Positions 19,472-29,173 of a stretch of 64,000 nt of DNA are shown here, piece by piece. The stretch spans positions 64,121 to 128,120 of the forward strand of contig JAUZSP010000006.1 in assembly GCA_030949385.1 (NCBI GenBank), read 5' to 3'. How positions within the stretch are numbered: position 1 is the first letter of the stretch; each line of letters opens with the position of its first letter. The position numbers were made by a program, and so were the translations under genes. The notes beneath the pieces were generated by a model. It made no database searches. It was given only the letters and a program-made list of their open reading frames with translations, and was not told where the DNA came from. The DNA is from Gammaproteobacteria bacterium (GTDB lineage: Bacteria > Pseudomonadota > Gammaproteobacteria > JAUZRS01).

Positions 19472-20931
19472 GGTTTAGTGCTGATGAGTGTGAACTCGAC
19501 TCGGTTATTGAGAGCAGCGATGTTATTCCATTGTCCTGCGCTTGTTAAGCGGGCTGGGTCGGGATAGGCCGCCCGTGGCGCATTATTGCCAATGGGCTGT
19601 ATTTCCAATGTGACTAGGCCGCCTTGCAGCAGAGGAGAGTGGTTAACAAATTCTGTAAACGCGGGGCTTTGACGTTGACTGAGTTTGATTGATTCCGAGA
19701 GGCTCTGTTGTTGAAAGTCACACTGCTCCATTTTCATGTTTTCTGCAGCGAGAATTTGTTTTCCTTGTTTGTTTTTGCGTAGGCAAAATTCACCGGTATG
19801 AACTTTTAGTATGATCACACCTTGAAAGCGTAAAATGGCCAAGCGTGAGAGTAAGGTTTTGAGCTGTTGTAAACGTGGGTCGTTCAGTGCTAACTCAGCG
19901 TATTGATAAGCACCGTTTTGGTTCAGAGACCACTGAAAGGTTTGTAGCCAGCGTTCGTTGAGAGTTTTGAGTTCTTCGATTTCGTTGGTCAGTAACGTAG
20001 TTTCATTGTCTGTGCTGATGTCTGTTTTGCTGGCAAGAGGGTGTTGTAAAACCTCATTGAGCAGCTTTTCTACGCGAACTGTTTCGGCGTTATTGTGTTG
20101 TGCCAGCTGATAAAACCAGAGCGCTGGGGCGATCATAAGAAGAATCAAAAGCAAACCTTTGAAGAGGTTTTTACTGCTTTTGTTGTTGCTTATCTTGTGA
20201 GAGCCGGTTTTTAACATAGGCGCTTGCACCAGTTCATCGACTACTTTGCGGGCGATGGTTTGGCTGCTCTCTTGAATCTCTTGGCGAATTTTTTGTCGTT
20301 CTTCCACCATTAGACGAGCAAACCAAGCTCTTAATTGGCGTTGCCGTTGTGCTTCGGCGTTGTCGTTATTGCTGTTTTTAGAGGATGTTGCAACGGGTCT
20401 GGCATTGTTGCTTTTCAGTTCGGCATGACGTTTCTCAAAGGGAGTGGCGCTGGGTTTTGGAATGGGGACTTTGCTTTGGTTTTGATGGGTGGGTTGTTTT
20501 TGTACTGGCGAGTGTCCTTTGTTATTCTCCAGCAGTCCTAAACGGTTAAGGGTTTTTCCCAGCTCGGCATGGTAGATCTGTTTGGGCAGCACGCCAATCG
20601 CGCCCAAGGCACGTGCCTGACTTAGATAGACTTCTCCCTCCTTGGAGGTGTACATCATAATGGGGATTTTAGCGGTTCTAGGGTCGTTTTTGATTGCTTT
20701 TATGGCTTGAAAACCGTCCATACCCGGCATCATGTGATCCATAAAGATCACATCGGGTCGGGTGTGGCAGAGGTAGCTGAGAGCCGCTTCGGCAGACTCA
20801 GCGGTGTCAACCTGTAAACCTTGTTTTTCCAACTGTTTACGCAGTGCCAGACGCGCCGATTTGGCATCGTCAACCACCAGAGCGAGTTTCTCGACTTGAT
20901 TGACTGTTTTATGGATGGGAGGTTGGCTCAT
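19468..20931 (-). CDS. Response-regulator receiver (REC) domain protein with a central TM helix and a C-terminal extracytoplasmic domain of unknown function
   Basis: The N-terminal roughly 120 aa has REC motifs (VVDD...phospho-acceptor D in VIFMDHMMPGMDG ... K). A basic/Q-rich linker follows, then the hydrophobic helix LLLILLMIAPALWFY, then a roughly 210-aa C-terminal domain with no known motif. Confidence 0.65.
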   Translation of the reverse strand: MSQPPIHKTVNQVEKLALVVDDAKSARLALRKQLEKQGLQVDTAESAEAALSYLCHTRPDVIFMDHMMPGMDGFQAIKAIKNDPRTAKIPIMMYTSKEGEVYLSQARALGAIGVLPKQIYHAELGKTLNRLGLLENNKGHSPVQKQPTHQNQSKVPIPKPSATPFEKRHAELKSNNARPVATSSKNSNNDNAEAQRQRQLRAWFARLMVEERQKIRQEIQESSQTIARKVVDELVQAPMLKTGSHKISNNKSSKNLFKGLLLILLMIAPALWFYQLAQHNNAETVRVEKLLNEVLQHPLASKTDISTDNETTLLTNEIEELKTLNERWLQTFQWSLNQNGAYQYAELALNDPRLQQLKTLLSRLAILRFQGVIILKVHTGEFCLRKNKQGKQILAAENMKMEQCDFQQQSLSESIKLSQRQSPAFTEFVNHSPLLQGGLVTLEIQPIGNNAPRAAYPDPARLTSAGQWNNIAALNNRVEFTLISTKP

Positions 20932-21159
20932 TAGAGCAGTATCCTAAAGTAATGTCTGGTTGATCGGGTTGTCCGAATATTCGTTATTATTAGCGAGTTG
21001 AAGCCTATTTTTTGCTAAATTGCCCACGAAAATGACATTTTGTGAACAATCATCTTAACTATTTCCTATTTTTGTTGACGTTGTGGCTCACAATTTGTCC
21101 AGTTTGGCAGCAGATATACGTTTGAATTTTGCGATTTTTCTATAAGGAAACGTAGTTTT

Positions 21160-21840
21160 ATGGGGTTGTTAAAAAAAGAAGCGGTGGTGATGTTGTCCGG
21201 TGGTTTGGATTCGGCCACCACGTTGGCTTACGCCCTAGATGCCGGTTTTGATTGTTACGCCTTGAGCTTTTTTTACGGTCAGAAGCACCGTTCTGAGCTG
21301 GTGGCGGCCAGTCGAATTGCTGAGTCAATGAGGGTCAAAGAGCATCGGGTGGTTGAGATTGGTCTGGGTGCGTTTGGTGGTTCGGCTTTGACCGATGAGA
21401 ACTTGTCCGTACCGACCGAGCCTCAAGAAGGGATTCCAATTACTTATGTGCCTGCTCGTAACACGATTTTTCTCTCTTATGCTTTGGGCTGGGCGGAAGT
21501 GCTGGGCGTCGGAGATATTTTTCTGGGTGTGAATGCGGTGGACTACTCCGGTTACCCTGACTGTCGCCCCGAATATTTGGCCGCCTTTGAGACGATGGCC
21601 AATTTGGCCACCAAACAGGGGGTTGAAGGGCAAGGGTTTAAAATTCACGCGCCGCTGATTGACTTGAGTAAGGCGGCTATTATTGAGTTGGGAGTGTCAT
21701 TGGGGGTGGATTATCGCCAGACGGTCTCTTGTTACATGGCGGATGAATTAGGCCGAGCCTGTGGCCGTTGTGACTCGTGTCGTTTGCGACGCGAAGGTTT
21801 TGCACAGGCTGGGATTGATGATCTTACTCGCTATCGCTGA
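21160..21840 (+). CDS. queC: 7-cyano-7-deazaguanine synthase
   Basis: Begins with the PP-loop SGGLDS motif ([11 protein letters not shown]) and ends with the CxxC..CxxC zinc site typical of QueC. Confidence 0.9.
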   Translation: MGLLKKEAVVMLSGGLDSATTLAYALDAGFDCYALSFFYGQKHRSELVAASRIAESMRVKEHRVVEIGLGAFGGSALTDENLSVPTEPQEGIPITYVPARNTIFLSYALGWAEVLGVGDIFLGVNAVDYSGYPDCRPEYLAAFETMANLATKQGVEGQGFKIHAPLIDLSKAAIIELGVSLGVDYRQTVSCYMADELGRACGRCDSCRLRREGFAQAGIDDLTRYR

Positions 21841-21957
21841 TTTTAACTTAAGTTTTTTTAAGCTAACTGTTTTCTGATTAATGGTTATAGTGGTCGTTTT
21901 TTCACTATTTACAATAATCAATGGGTTTTGTGAATCCATCGTTATTTAAAGGGGGCA

Positions 21958-23184
21958 GTGATGGAATTTGATCTTTTCAGTCAGATGTTGGTCTGGGCGT
22001 TTGTTTTGGCGGTCATTTTAGGTGTGGTGGCGAATAAAACCAGTTTTTGCACCATGGGTGCGGTATCCGATTGGGTCAATATGGGTGATAAAAGCCGCAT
22101 GCGCTCTTGGTTGTTGGCCATTGCAACCGCCATTATGGCGGTCATGTTGATGGAGTGGCTGGAGCTGGTGGATATGTCCTTGACCACCAGTAATGAAACC
22201 TCTAATCCTCCTTATCGGGTCAGTAACTTTGTTTGGTTGCGTTACCTTGTCGGTGGGTTGATTTTTGGTGTTGGTATGACCTTGGGCAGCGGTTGTGGCA
22301 ATAAAACCTTGCTGCGTTTGGGAGCCGGTAACGGCAAGTCTATTGTGGTGCTGTTGGCGATCAGTGCCGCAGCCTCTTTAATGATGTTCACCAGCATTGA
22401 TTACGATCTGTTTTTGAGCTGGATGACCCCTTTGGCGGTTAACTTTACTGATTACGGCATCCATGATCAGTCTGTGGGTTCCATTGTTGAAGGTGTTGTG
22501 GGGGCTGAGCCGGATTCTCAATTAAATCTAATCGTTGCTGCCCTGATTGGGCTGGGTCTGTTTTGCTGTATTTTTAAATCCGCAGAGTTTCGTGCTAACC
22601 GAGAGTTGATTGTGGCTGGGTTGTTGGTTGGGTTGTTGGTTGCATTGGCGTGGTGGGTGACGGCAGGTGCGTTAGGACAGCAGTTGTTAGAAGAAGCTGA
22701 TTTTATGGATGTGCGTCCTTATGCGTTGGGTGCCCAGTCTTTTACTTTTGTGGCACCAACAGCACACGCCTATCAATACATCGAACAGGGTTTTGATCGC
22801 AGTTATGTGAGCTTTGGTTTGGTGGCGGCTTTGGGCGTCATCTGTGGTTCTTTTGTCTACGCGCTGTTTTCTGGTACCTTCCGTTTTGAGTGGTTTGTGA
22901 ACTGGAAAGATTTTCGTATGCACTTGGTGGGCGGTCTGTTAATGGGCGTTGGTGGAGTGTTGGCCATGGGCTGTACCATTGGTCAGGCGGTCACGGGTGC
23001 ATCGACTCTGGCTTTGGGGTCTTTTGTGGCCTTTGCCGCCATCGTGCTTGGCAGTGCGTTGAGTATGAAGTACCAGTATTACAAAATGTTATACGATGAT
23101 GCGACGGTTTTGGATGCGTTTGTAACCGCTCTGGTAGAGTTGCGTTTATTGCCGAAAAAACTGCGACGTTTGGAGGCTTTATAG
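21958..23184 (+). CDS. YeeE/YedE family sulfur-compound (thiosulfate) transporter
   Basis: 408-aa polytopic membrane protein with two-fold internal repeats carrying the conserved Cys motifs (GSGCG ... GCTIGQ). Confidence 0.7.
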   Translation: MMEFDLFSQMLVWAFVLAVILGVVANKTSFCTMGAVSDWVNMGDKSRMRSWLLAIATAIMAVMLMEWLELVDMSLTTSNETSNPPYRVSNFVWLRYLVGGLIFGVGMTLGSGCGNKTLLRLGAGNGKSIVVLLAISAAASLMMFTSIDYDLFLSWMTPLAVNFTDYGIHDQSVGSIVEGVVGAEPDSQLNLIVAALIGLGLFCCIFKSAEFRANRELIVAGLLVGLLVALAWWVTAGALGQQLLEEADFMDVRPYALGAQSFTFVAPTAHAYQYIEQGFDRSYVSFGLVAALGVICGSFVYALFSGTFRFEWFVNWKDFRMHLVGGLLMGVGGVLAMGCTIGQAVTGASTLALGSFVAFAAIVLGSALSMKYQYYKMLYDDATVLDAFVTALVELRLLPKKLRRLEAL

Positions 23185-23287
23185 GGATTTTAACCCTTGT
23201 TAATAAGGCCTATAAAAAAGGCTTGCGTTAAATTTTTATTAGGGTAATATACGCGGCCTCACCCCAGCGGTGAGGTAGTTTCAAGCA

Positions 23288-23363
23288 GGGCCGTTAGCTC
23301 AGTTGGTAGAGCATCTGACTTTTAATTAGGTGGTCGAAGGTTCGAATCCTTCACGTCCCACCA
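23288..23363 (+). tRNA. tRNA-Lys (anticodon UUU)
   Basis: Cloverleaf by eye: GGGCCGTTAGCTCAGTTGGTAGAGCATCTGACTTTTAATTAGGTGGTCGAAGGTTCGAATCCTTCACGTCCCACCA, very close to E. coli tRNA-Lys. Anticodon loop CTTTTAA. Confidence 0.9.
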
Positions 23364-23370
23364 TATTTTT
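23318..23370 (+). repeat. attL: 53-bp direct repeat, the 3' half of tRNA-Lys plus 7 nt
   Basis: ACTTTTAATTAGGTGGTCGAAGGTTCGAATCCTTCACGTCCCACCATATTTTT; a second copy is at 30921-30973. Confidence 0.85.
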
Positions 23371-23731
23371 CAAAGACTTAGCAAAACTCACCTCTCCACA
23401 AATCTTCCCGTGGGACACTGGTGGGGCACTTCCAAATCAAACACCAGCACAATGACATTCATTTTTGTTGTTATTTTTTCGTGCGTGCGTGTTTATCAAT
23501 TCAATCTTCGGCAATCGCCACCAGCAAAAAAAGAATATTGAACCTAAATTGCCCCCTTTTCGCGGTCAACTGCCCCATGAGTGCCCCATAGACTACTTTT
23601 GTGTTTATAAATTATTGTTTTGTATAGATATTATTTAATAGATCACCTGATTATATATCAGGTGTTGCTGTTTTTTGTGGTTTGTCTTACTCTATTCCCC
23701 ATTGTTCACGGTTGTTTTATGAGGGAAGGAT

Positions 23732-24799
23732 ATGGCCAGCATTGAGAAGCGCACCAGCAAAGAGGGAGTGGTCTCCTATCGGGTCAAAGTGAGGTTGAAA
23801 GGCTACCCAATACAAACGGCCTCTTTTGAACGGCGTACCGATGCCAAAAAGTGGGCGCAGCAAACAGAGGTCGCCATTAGGGAAGGGCGACACTTCAAAA
23901 CCCGAGAGGCCAAACGGCATACTTTTAATGAGCTGGTGAAGCGGTACATAAAAGAGGTGGTGCCACGCAAGCCCAAAGCGGGGGCATACGATCACAGTTA
24001 CCAACTCAGGTGGTGGGCTGATCAAATCGGGGATTGTGTGTTGGCGGACGTTACAGCGGCTTTACTGACAGAGACGCGGGACAAACTGGCCAATATACCC
24101 ACAGTGAATGGGCAGAGGGCAGCCGCTACGGTGAACCGCTATCTTGCCTCTGCAAGCCATGCGTTTACGGTTGCGGTGAAAGAGTGGGGATGGCTGGAAG
24201 ATTCGCCCATGCGGAACGTGAGTAAGTTTAAGGAGCCACGGGGACGGGTGCGCTATTTGAGTGAAGAAGAGCGGCCTAGGTTTCTTGCTGCTTGCCGAGA
24301 GAGCAGTAATCCATACCTGTACCCCGTTGTTGTTCTGGCACTCTCCACCGGAGCGAGAAAGATGGAGATATGTTCCCTTTCTTGGGCGGCCATCGACCTT
24401 AAGCGTGATGCTCCACAGATCGTTTTACATGAAACAAAGAACGGTGAGCGGCGTGTTTTGCCCCTAACAGGCCATGCTTTGGAGCTGGTGCGTGATTTGG
24501 CCAAAGTTCGGCGCATTGATACCCCGTTGCTTTTTCCGAGCTTGAAGAATCCCAGTAAGCCGATGGGCATTAGAGCGCCGTTTCTCAGAGCGTTGGCAAA
24601 GGCTGAAATAGAAGATTTTCACTTCCATGATTTGAGACACAGCGCGGCCAGTTATCTGGCCATGGACGGTGCCAGCATGGCGGAGATAGCGGAGGTTCTA
24701 GGGCATAAAACCCTACAGATGGTGAAACGCTACAGCCACCTTTCAGATGCACACACGGCCAGTGTGGTGGCTTCCATGAATGCCAAGATTTTTGGATAA
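23732..24799 (+). CDS. int: Tyrosine recombinase / phage-type integrase
   Basis: 355 aa. The C-terminal catalytic region has ..HDLRHSAASYLAMDG..LGHKT..MVKRYSH (R...HxxR...Y). The gene sits immediately 3' of the tRNA. Confidence 0.85.
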   Translation: MASIEKRTSKEGVVSYRVKVRLKGYPIQTASFERRTDAKKWAQQTEVAIREGRHFKTREAKRHTFNELVKRYIKEVVPRKPKAGAYDHSYQLRWWADQIGDCVLADVTAALLTETRDKLANIPTVNGQRAAATVNRYLASASHAFTVAVKEWGWLEDSPMRNVSKFKEPRGRVRYLSEEERPRFLAACRESSNPYLYPVVVLALSTGARKMEICSLSWAAIDLKRDAPQIVLHETKNGERRVLPLTGHALELVRDLAKVRRIDTPLLFPSLKNPSKPMGIRAPFLRALAKAEIEDFHFHDLRHSAASYLAMDGASMAEIAEVLGHKTLQMVKRYSHLSDAHTASVVASMNAKIFG

Positions 24800-25051
24800 G
24801 CCTCATTAAGGAAAAAATGCTAATGGCTACGGATAAAAATAAAAATGACCCGTTAGAAAGCCCCATTCTTTGTAGGGGCATGATTCATTACGCGGGGGGA
24901 AAACCCAGAAGCGGCTCAGAATTTATACCTCTTAGCTTCTGAAAAATTAAAGCGTTCTGAATCATTACCATCTAGCTTATCCGAATGGCTTGGGGAGATA
25001 TTAGAGAACTTAGCCTTCTGTGATAGGGAGAATAGGGGAGCAATCCGAAAG

Positions 25052-25384
25052 GTGGTGAAGTTGAATGCTAAAAATGGGGGGCAAAGAAAAAATAGTGAAC
25101 TAGGGTCAAAGATCGCCCGTATACAACATCAACATAAATGCAGTGTTTTAGGTGCTTTAGAGATTGAGGCAGAACAAAATCTCAATGAAGAAGGCAAACA
25201 ATCCGATCATAAAGACCTTCCAGTTGATACTTTACACAAAGCATTTTATAACAAAAATAATACACATCGAGAGGATTGCCGCTTTGTTAAAGCGGTATTA
25301 GAGCAAAAGACCCCATATCATTTCAGAGTGAAAAAAATTCTTTCAATTCTTCAACAAATCGCGATTAAAAAAACAATGGAATAA
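25052..25384 (+). CDS. Hypothetical protein in an AT-rich stretch of the island
   Basis: 110-aa ORF. The local AT-richness departs from the chromosomal composition. Confidence 0.35.
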   Translation: MVKLNAKNGGQRKNSELGSKIARIQHQHKCSVLGALEIEAEQNLNEEGKQSDHKDLPVDTLHKAFYNKNNTHREDCRFVKAVLEQKTPYHFRVKKILSILQQIAIKKTME

Positions 25385-25485
25385 GGGTGTCAGGTTTCTT
25401 CTATTTTTACTAGACAGGCATTTAGCCATACTCCAGCACAACACGGCATAAGCCGCGTTATTTTTAATAATTACTGGAGCTTTAA

Positions 25486-25722
25486 ATGGAACATAGAAGT
25501 TTTTTAACCGTCCCTCAATTCAGCGTTAAACATCCCGCTTTTACCCAATCAAGCCTAAGAGGCTTAATCTTCAACGCCAAAAGTCGGCAGAGCAGCCAAG
25601 GGATGATTGAAGGCAACGGCTTAGCCCCTGCCATTATTCGCATTGGTCGCAAAGTCTTAATTGATGAAGAGAAGTTTTTGGCTTGGGTGGACAACCACCA
25701 GCAAAACGGCCAAGCGGCATAA
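25486..25722 (+). CDS. alpA: AlpA-family phage transcriptional regulator / excisionase-like HTH protein
   Basis: 78 aa. TVPQFSVKH...IRIGRKVLIDEEKFLAWV matches the AlpA/MerR-type HTH of prophage CP4-57-like regulators. Confidence 0.65.
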   Translation: MEHRSFLTVPQFSVKHPAFTQSSLRGLIFNAKSRQSSQGMIEGNGLAPAIIRIGRKVLIDEEKFLAWVDNHQQNGQAA

Positions 25723-25730
25723 GGGGGAAG

Positions 25731-26105
25731 ATGATGAATAAAAAACTGCCAAAGGATGGGGTTGCAACTCCACCCAGTGACCGGCACAACATCACAGTAC
25801 AGCGACTGAACCCCGAGTTTATCCCGCCACGGCTTGATGATAAAGAGGTTATTTCTGGTGCAGTCCATACCACGCTGGCCGGTTTCCCAAACATTGACCC
25901 CAAGGTAGTGCGGTACTACTCCAAAAAGCTGGCCTCTGTTGGCTGGAAGTTGGCGGCTTACGTTTGGAGTGAAGGTACAAAAGGCATTATTAGGATGCCG
26001 GTGGGGACTGAACCCTCTCCCTCTTTGCTGGTGGAGAAATACGGGCTGTTTCGAGGGCGGTTAGAGGCAGAGCTTTTAGGCTCCCAGAATGGAGGTCATA
26101 TCTAA
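25731..26105 (+). CDS. Hypothetical protein on the island
   Basis: ATG at 25731 preceded by AAGGGGGAAG, giving a 125-aa ORF. No recognisable motif. Confidence 0.4.
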   Translation: MMNKKLPKDGVATPPSDRHNITVQRLNPEFIPPRLDDKEVISGAVHTTLAGFPNIDPKVVRYYSKKLASVGWKLAAYVWSEGTKGIIRMPVGTEPSPSLLVEKYGLFRGRLEAELLGSQNGGHI

Positions 26106-26130
26106 TGGTTAATAGATTACTTACCTTGCC

Positions 26131-26375
26131 TTGTCACACTGCCACGCTTAAAAAACCATTTACAAAGCACCTCATATTTATAGGGATTTTAAATAGTATT
26201 AATGTGAGGTGTGATGATTTTCAGAGTGATTTTTTTCACTTTGCTGTTAAAAGGTGGCGTGACAGGCGTGACGGCGTGACAGATCAAAAAAATATATTAA
26301 TTATCAATAGGATAGGTGTGTTTTTGAGTGTCACGCTACGGGTGTGCCACGCCGTGACAGGCGTGACAGATTGCG
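26131..26375. repeat. Left copy of an imperfect inverted repeat of about 245 bp that contains GCGTGACRG iterons and an AT-rich spacer (origin-like)
   Basis: About 90% identical to the reverse complement of 29861-30098. Contains 3 tandem 9-mers GCGTGACAG/GCGTGACGG/CGTGACAGA at 26257-26283, an AT-rich 40 bp, then an inverted TGTCACGC and two more GCGTGACAG copies. Confidence 0.8.
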
Positions 26376-26762
26376 CGATAAGGGGCTTGCTGTTCTGTGT
26401 TAGAGAAGTTTCTGCCGCTTATAAAGGGGCGCGAGCTGGAGCCGTTGCAGAAGTTTTTGCCGCTTATAAAAAGGGAAAGGGGTTGACCACCCGCACTGTG
26501 AAGCCCTATCCTTGCCGTTCCTCTGCACAATCAGAGGACGGGGTTCGCAACCCGAGCAATACCAAGCCGCACCAGCACCGGCCTCAAACCGTGCTTTTTT
26601 TGTGTAAGTCCGTTTGTTCTTTATGGCGGATTGTGTGGGGCAGCTTTCGGGCTGGCCGGTTCCCTTGGTTTCCGGTAGTGCGAACCCCATACAATCTGCC
26701 ACCCTTAAACCGCTTCGTAACGGTCGGTGGCAGCTTCCTAAATTACCAAGGAGCTTGTCATT

Positions 26763-27005
26763 ATGCTTAACTTATCCCCTCCCAATCCGTCTACCCGTTG
26801 CAGTCACGCGCCTGTTGAGGTGGTGGTTTATACGGTCTGTGTTACGTCTCTTTCTCGTTCTGGTGGGCGTACCACGCGCCCTGTATCGCGTTATTTCTCT
26901 TCCCGTATTGGCGCGTTTACCTCCTTTGATCCAGACCCCGACTACTTGGCGTGGTATCACGATCTGCTTTTGCTGGATTCCGCTTTGGCAGGGGGTGGCC
27001 TGTGA
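26763..27005 (+). CDS. Small ORF that may be translationally coupled to the primase gene
   Basis: 80-aa ORF whose TGA (27003-27005) overlaps a candidate GTG start of the primase frame (ctGTGAag). No motif recognised. Confidence 0.25.
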   Translation: MLNLSPPNPSTRCSHAPVEVVVYTVCVTSLSRSGGRTTRPVSRYFSSRIGAFTSFDPDPDYLAWYHDLLLLDSALAGGGL

Positions 27006-29173
27006 AGCAGAAAATAGACTTTCAAGCCATCAACCAATCGGCCATAAACAATGCGGTAAGTGTGCTTAACCATTATCTTCCTGATGGGACAAGCAGTGGC
27101 GGTGAGTACACGGCGTTAAACCCAACACGGGAAGACAGTAAAAAGGGCAGCTTTTCGGTTAACACCCAAAGTGGCCGGTGGTCTGACTTTGCCACAGAGG
27201 ATAAAGGTGGGGATCTGATAAGCCTGATAGCCTACCTAAACGGCACTAAACAGGGTGCAGCGGCCAAAGAGTTGTCCCAGTTTTTGGGGCTGTCAGAGGT
27301 CAACCACAGCAGCCAAAAGAAAACCGCCACGGTGGCGCAATCGAGCAAGCACCCCCCCGCTGAATGGGCACCTTGTTTGCCGGTTCCCAACGATGCACCC
27401 GCACCTCATGAGGAACATTCCCGTTTTGGTAAACCGTCAGGCCGTTGGGTCTATCGGGATGAACAAGGGGCGGTGCTGTTTTATATGTACCGTTTTGAGC
27501 AAGAGGGCAAAAAGAAGAGCTACGCGCCGTTGAGTTACGGCAATTATGGCGCGGGGTGTTTGCACTGGAAGTGGAAGGGTATTCCAGCACCCCGCCCCCT
27601 CTATCATCTTGACCAACTGGCAGCCAAGCCAAAGGCCAAGGTGGTGATCTGTGAGGGTGAAAAAGCAGCGGATGCCGCTCAATACCTTTTGCCGGATTGG
27701 GTCGCCGTTACCCCACCCAATGGGGCGCAATCACCGGATAAGGCCAATTGGTCGCCCTTAAAAGGTCGGGATGTGATGATTTGGCCAGACAATGACAAAG
27801 CCGGTGCCGCGTTTGCGGATCGGGTCAAGGCGCTGGTGGAGGGTGTCGGGGTTAAGTCGGTCGCTTTGTTGGTGGTGCCGTTTGCCTTTGGTCTCGATGG
27901 TGACGGCCTTAAGCCCGTGGCCGGTGATGGCTTTGCAGAGAAGTGGGACGCGGCGGACGCAGAGGCCGAAGGCTGGCAGCCAATGCACCTTAAACAGTTG
28001 ATCCAAAAAGCGGAGTGTGTGCGGGTGACTGCCCTCTCTGTCACGGTGAAGAGGGAAGGCAGAAAGAGACCGATTAAGGGTTCAACCTTTGGCCATAACT
28101 TCAAAGTGAAAGAGAGCGGTGTGTGGTTTCATCCACCATCAGAAGACCAACAGGACGCACCTAAGCCCATATTGATTTGTGACCGGCTGATGGTGAGTGC
28201 CAGAACACGGGACACGCACGGCGAAAGCCACGGGCGGCTGTTGGAATTTGTAGATTCAGACGGTGTACCGCACCAGTGGGCGATGCCTATGGAGATGCTG
28301 GCCGGTGATGGCTTGGAGGTCAGAAAGCGGTTGATGTCCCAAGGTTTAAGTGTGGCGCAGAGCCGCAAATCACGGGATCTGTTGGGCATGTACATACAGA
28401 CGCAACAACCGAAAGACAAGGCGCTCTGTGTGGATCGTATCGGCTGGCATGGTGGGGCATTTGTTTTGCCTGACAAGGTGCTGGGACAGAAAGAGGGTGA
28501 TCGGGTGTTGTTGCAGGCTCCAAGAAGAGAAGACCCTGTGTTCTCTCAAAAAGGCAGCCTTGCAGAGTGGCGGCAGCAGATAGCGGCGTTGTGTCTGGGC
28601 AATTCACGTTTGCTGTTTGCGGTCAGTTTGGGTTTTGCTGCCAGTGTGTTGAAGCCGTTAATGGAAGAGTCGGGCGGTTTTAATATTCGTGGTGCCAGTT
28701 CTACCGGAAAAAGTACGGCGCTACGGGTGGCGTGCAGTGTGTGGGGTGGAGCCAATCGGATGCAGCGGTGGAGAGCCACCGGTAACGGCCTTGAAGGGGT
28801 GGCCTCGATGCACAACGATACCCTTTTGTGCTTGGATGAATTGGGGCAGGTTGAACCACGGGAAGCGGGTGAAATTGCCTACATGCTGGCCAACGGTGCC
28901 GGTAAGCAGCGCAGCCGAAGGGATGGCAGCAGTGCAGCGGTAAAAGAGTGGCGGCTGTTGTTTCTTTCAGCCGGTGAGGTGGGTTTAGCGGAACAGATGC
29001 GCCAAGGCGGTAAGCGGGTCATGGCCGGTCAAGCGGTGCGAATGGTGGATATTCCAGCGGATGCGGGGCGTGGCTTGGGGTTATTTGAAGACGTTGAACG
29101 GCCACCGTTCTGGCGGCCATCTTTCAAAGGCGTTATCGGCTGCCACCCAAAAGGCTTACGGTACAGCAGGTGA
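26951..29173 (+). CDS. Phage/plasmid primase-helicase: N-terminal zinc-binding-like region, Toprim domain, P-loop (DUF927 / SF3-like) NTPase
   Basis: 740 aa. Toprim motifs (VVICEGEKAAD ... DNDKAG). Walker A GASSTGKST and Walker B LLCLDELG. The protein appears to continue in another frame at 29061-29789, implying a frameshift. Confidence 0.75.
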   Translation: MVSRSAFAGFRFGRGWPVKQKIDFQAINQSAINNAVSVLNHYLPDGTSSGGEYTALNPTREDSKKGSFSVNTQSGRWSDFATEDKGGDLISLIAYLNGTKQGAAAKELSQFLGLSEVNHSSQKKTATVAQSSKHPPAEWAPCLPVPNDAPAPHEEHSRFGKPSGRWVYRDEQGAVLFYMYRFEQEGKKKSYAPLSYGNYGAGCLHWKWKGIPAPRPLYHLDQLAAKPKAKVVICEGEKAADAAQYLLPDWVAVTPPNGAQSPDKANWSPLKGRDVMIWPDNDKAGAAFADRVKALVEGVGVKSVALLVVPFAFGLDGDGLKPVAGDGFAEKWDAADAEAEGWQPMHLKQLIQKAECVRVTALSVTVKREGRKRPIKGSTFGHNFKVKESGVWFHPPSEDQQDAPKPILICDRLMVSARTRDTHGESHGRLLEFVDSDGVPHQWAMPMEMLAGDGLEVRKRLMSQGLSVAQSRKSRDLLGMYIQTQQPKDKALCVDRIGWHGGAFVLPDKVLGQKEGDRVLLQAPRREDPVFSQKGSLAEWRQQIAALCLGNSRLLFAVSLGFAASVLKPLMEESGGFNIRGASSTGKSTALRVACSVWGGANRMQRWRATGNGLEGVASMHNDTLLCLDELGQVEPREAGEIAYMLANGAGKQRSRRDGSSAAVKEWRLLFLSAGEVGLAEQMRQGGKRVMAGQAVRMVDIPADAGRGLGLFEDVERPPFWRPSFKGVIGCHPKGLRYSR

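Noticed and set aside
26256-26283. Short tandem GCGTGACRG repeats as a possible CRISPR array
   Set aside because: The repeats are 9 bp with no regular spacers, and they occur in inverted copies. This is iteron-type organisation, not CRISPR.
26105-26770. 221-aa plus-strand ORF from the ORF track
   Set aside because: It spans the iteron/AT-rich origin-like repeats and the 22-bp direct repeats. The region is better explained as non-coding replication or regulatory DNA.
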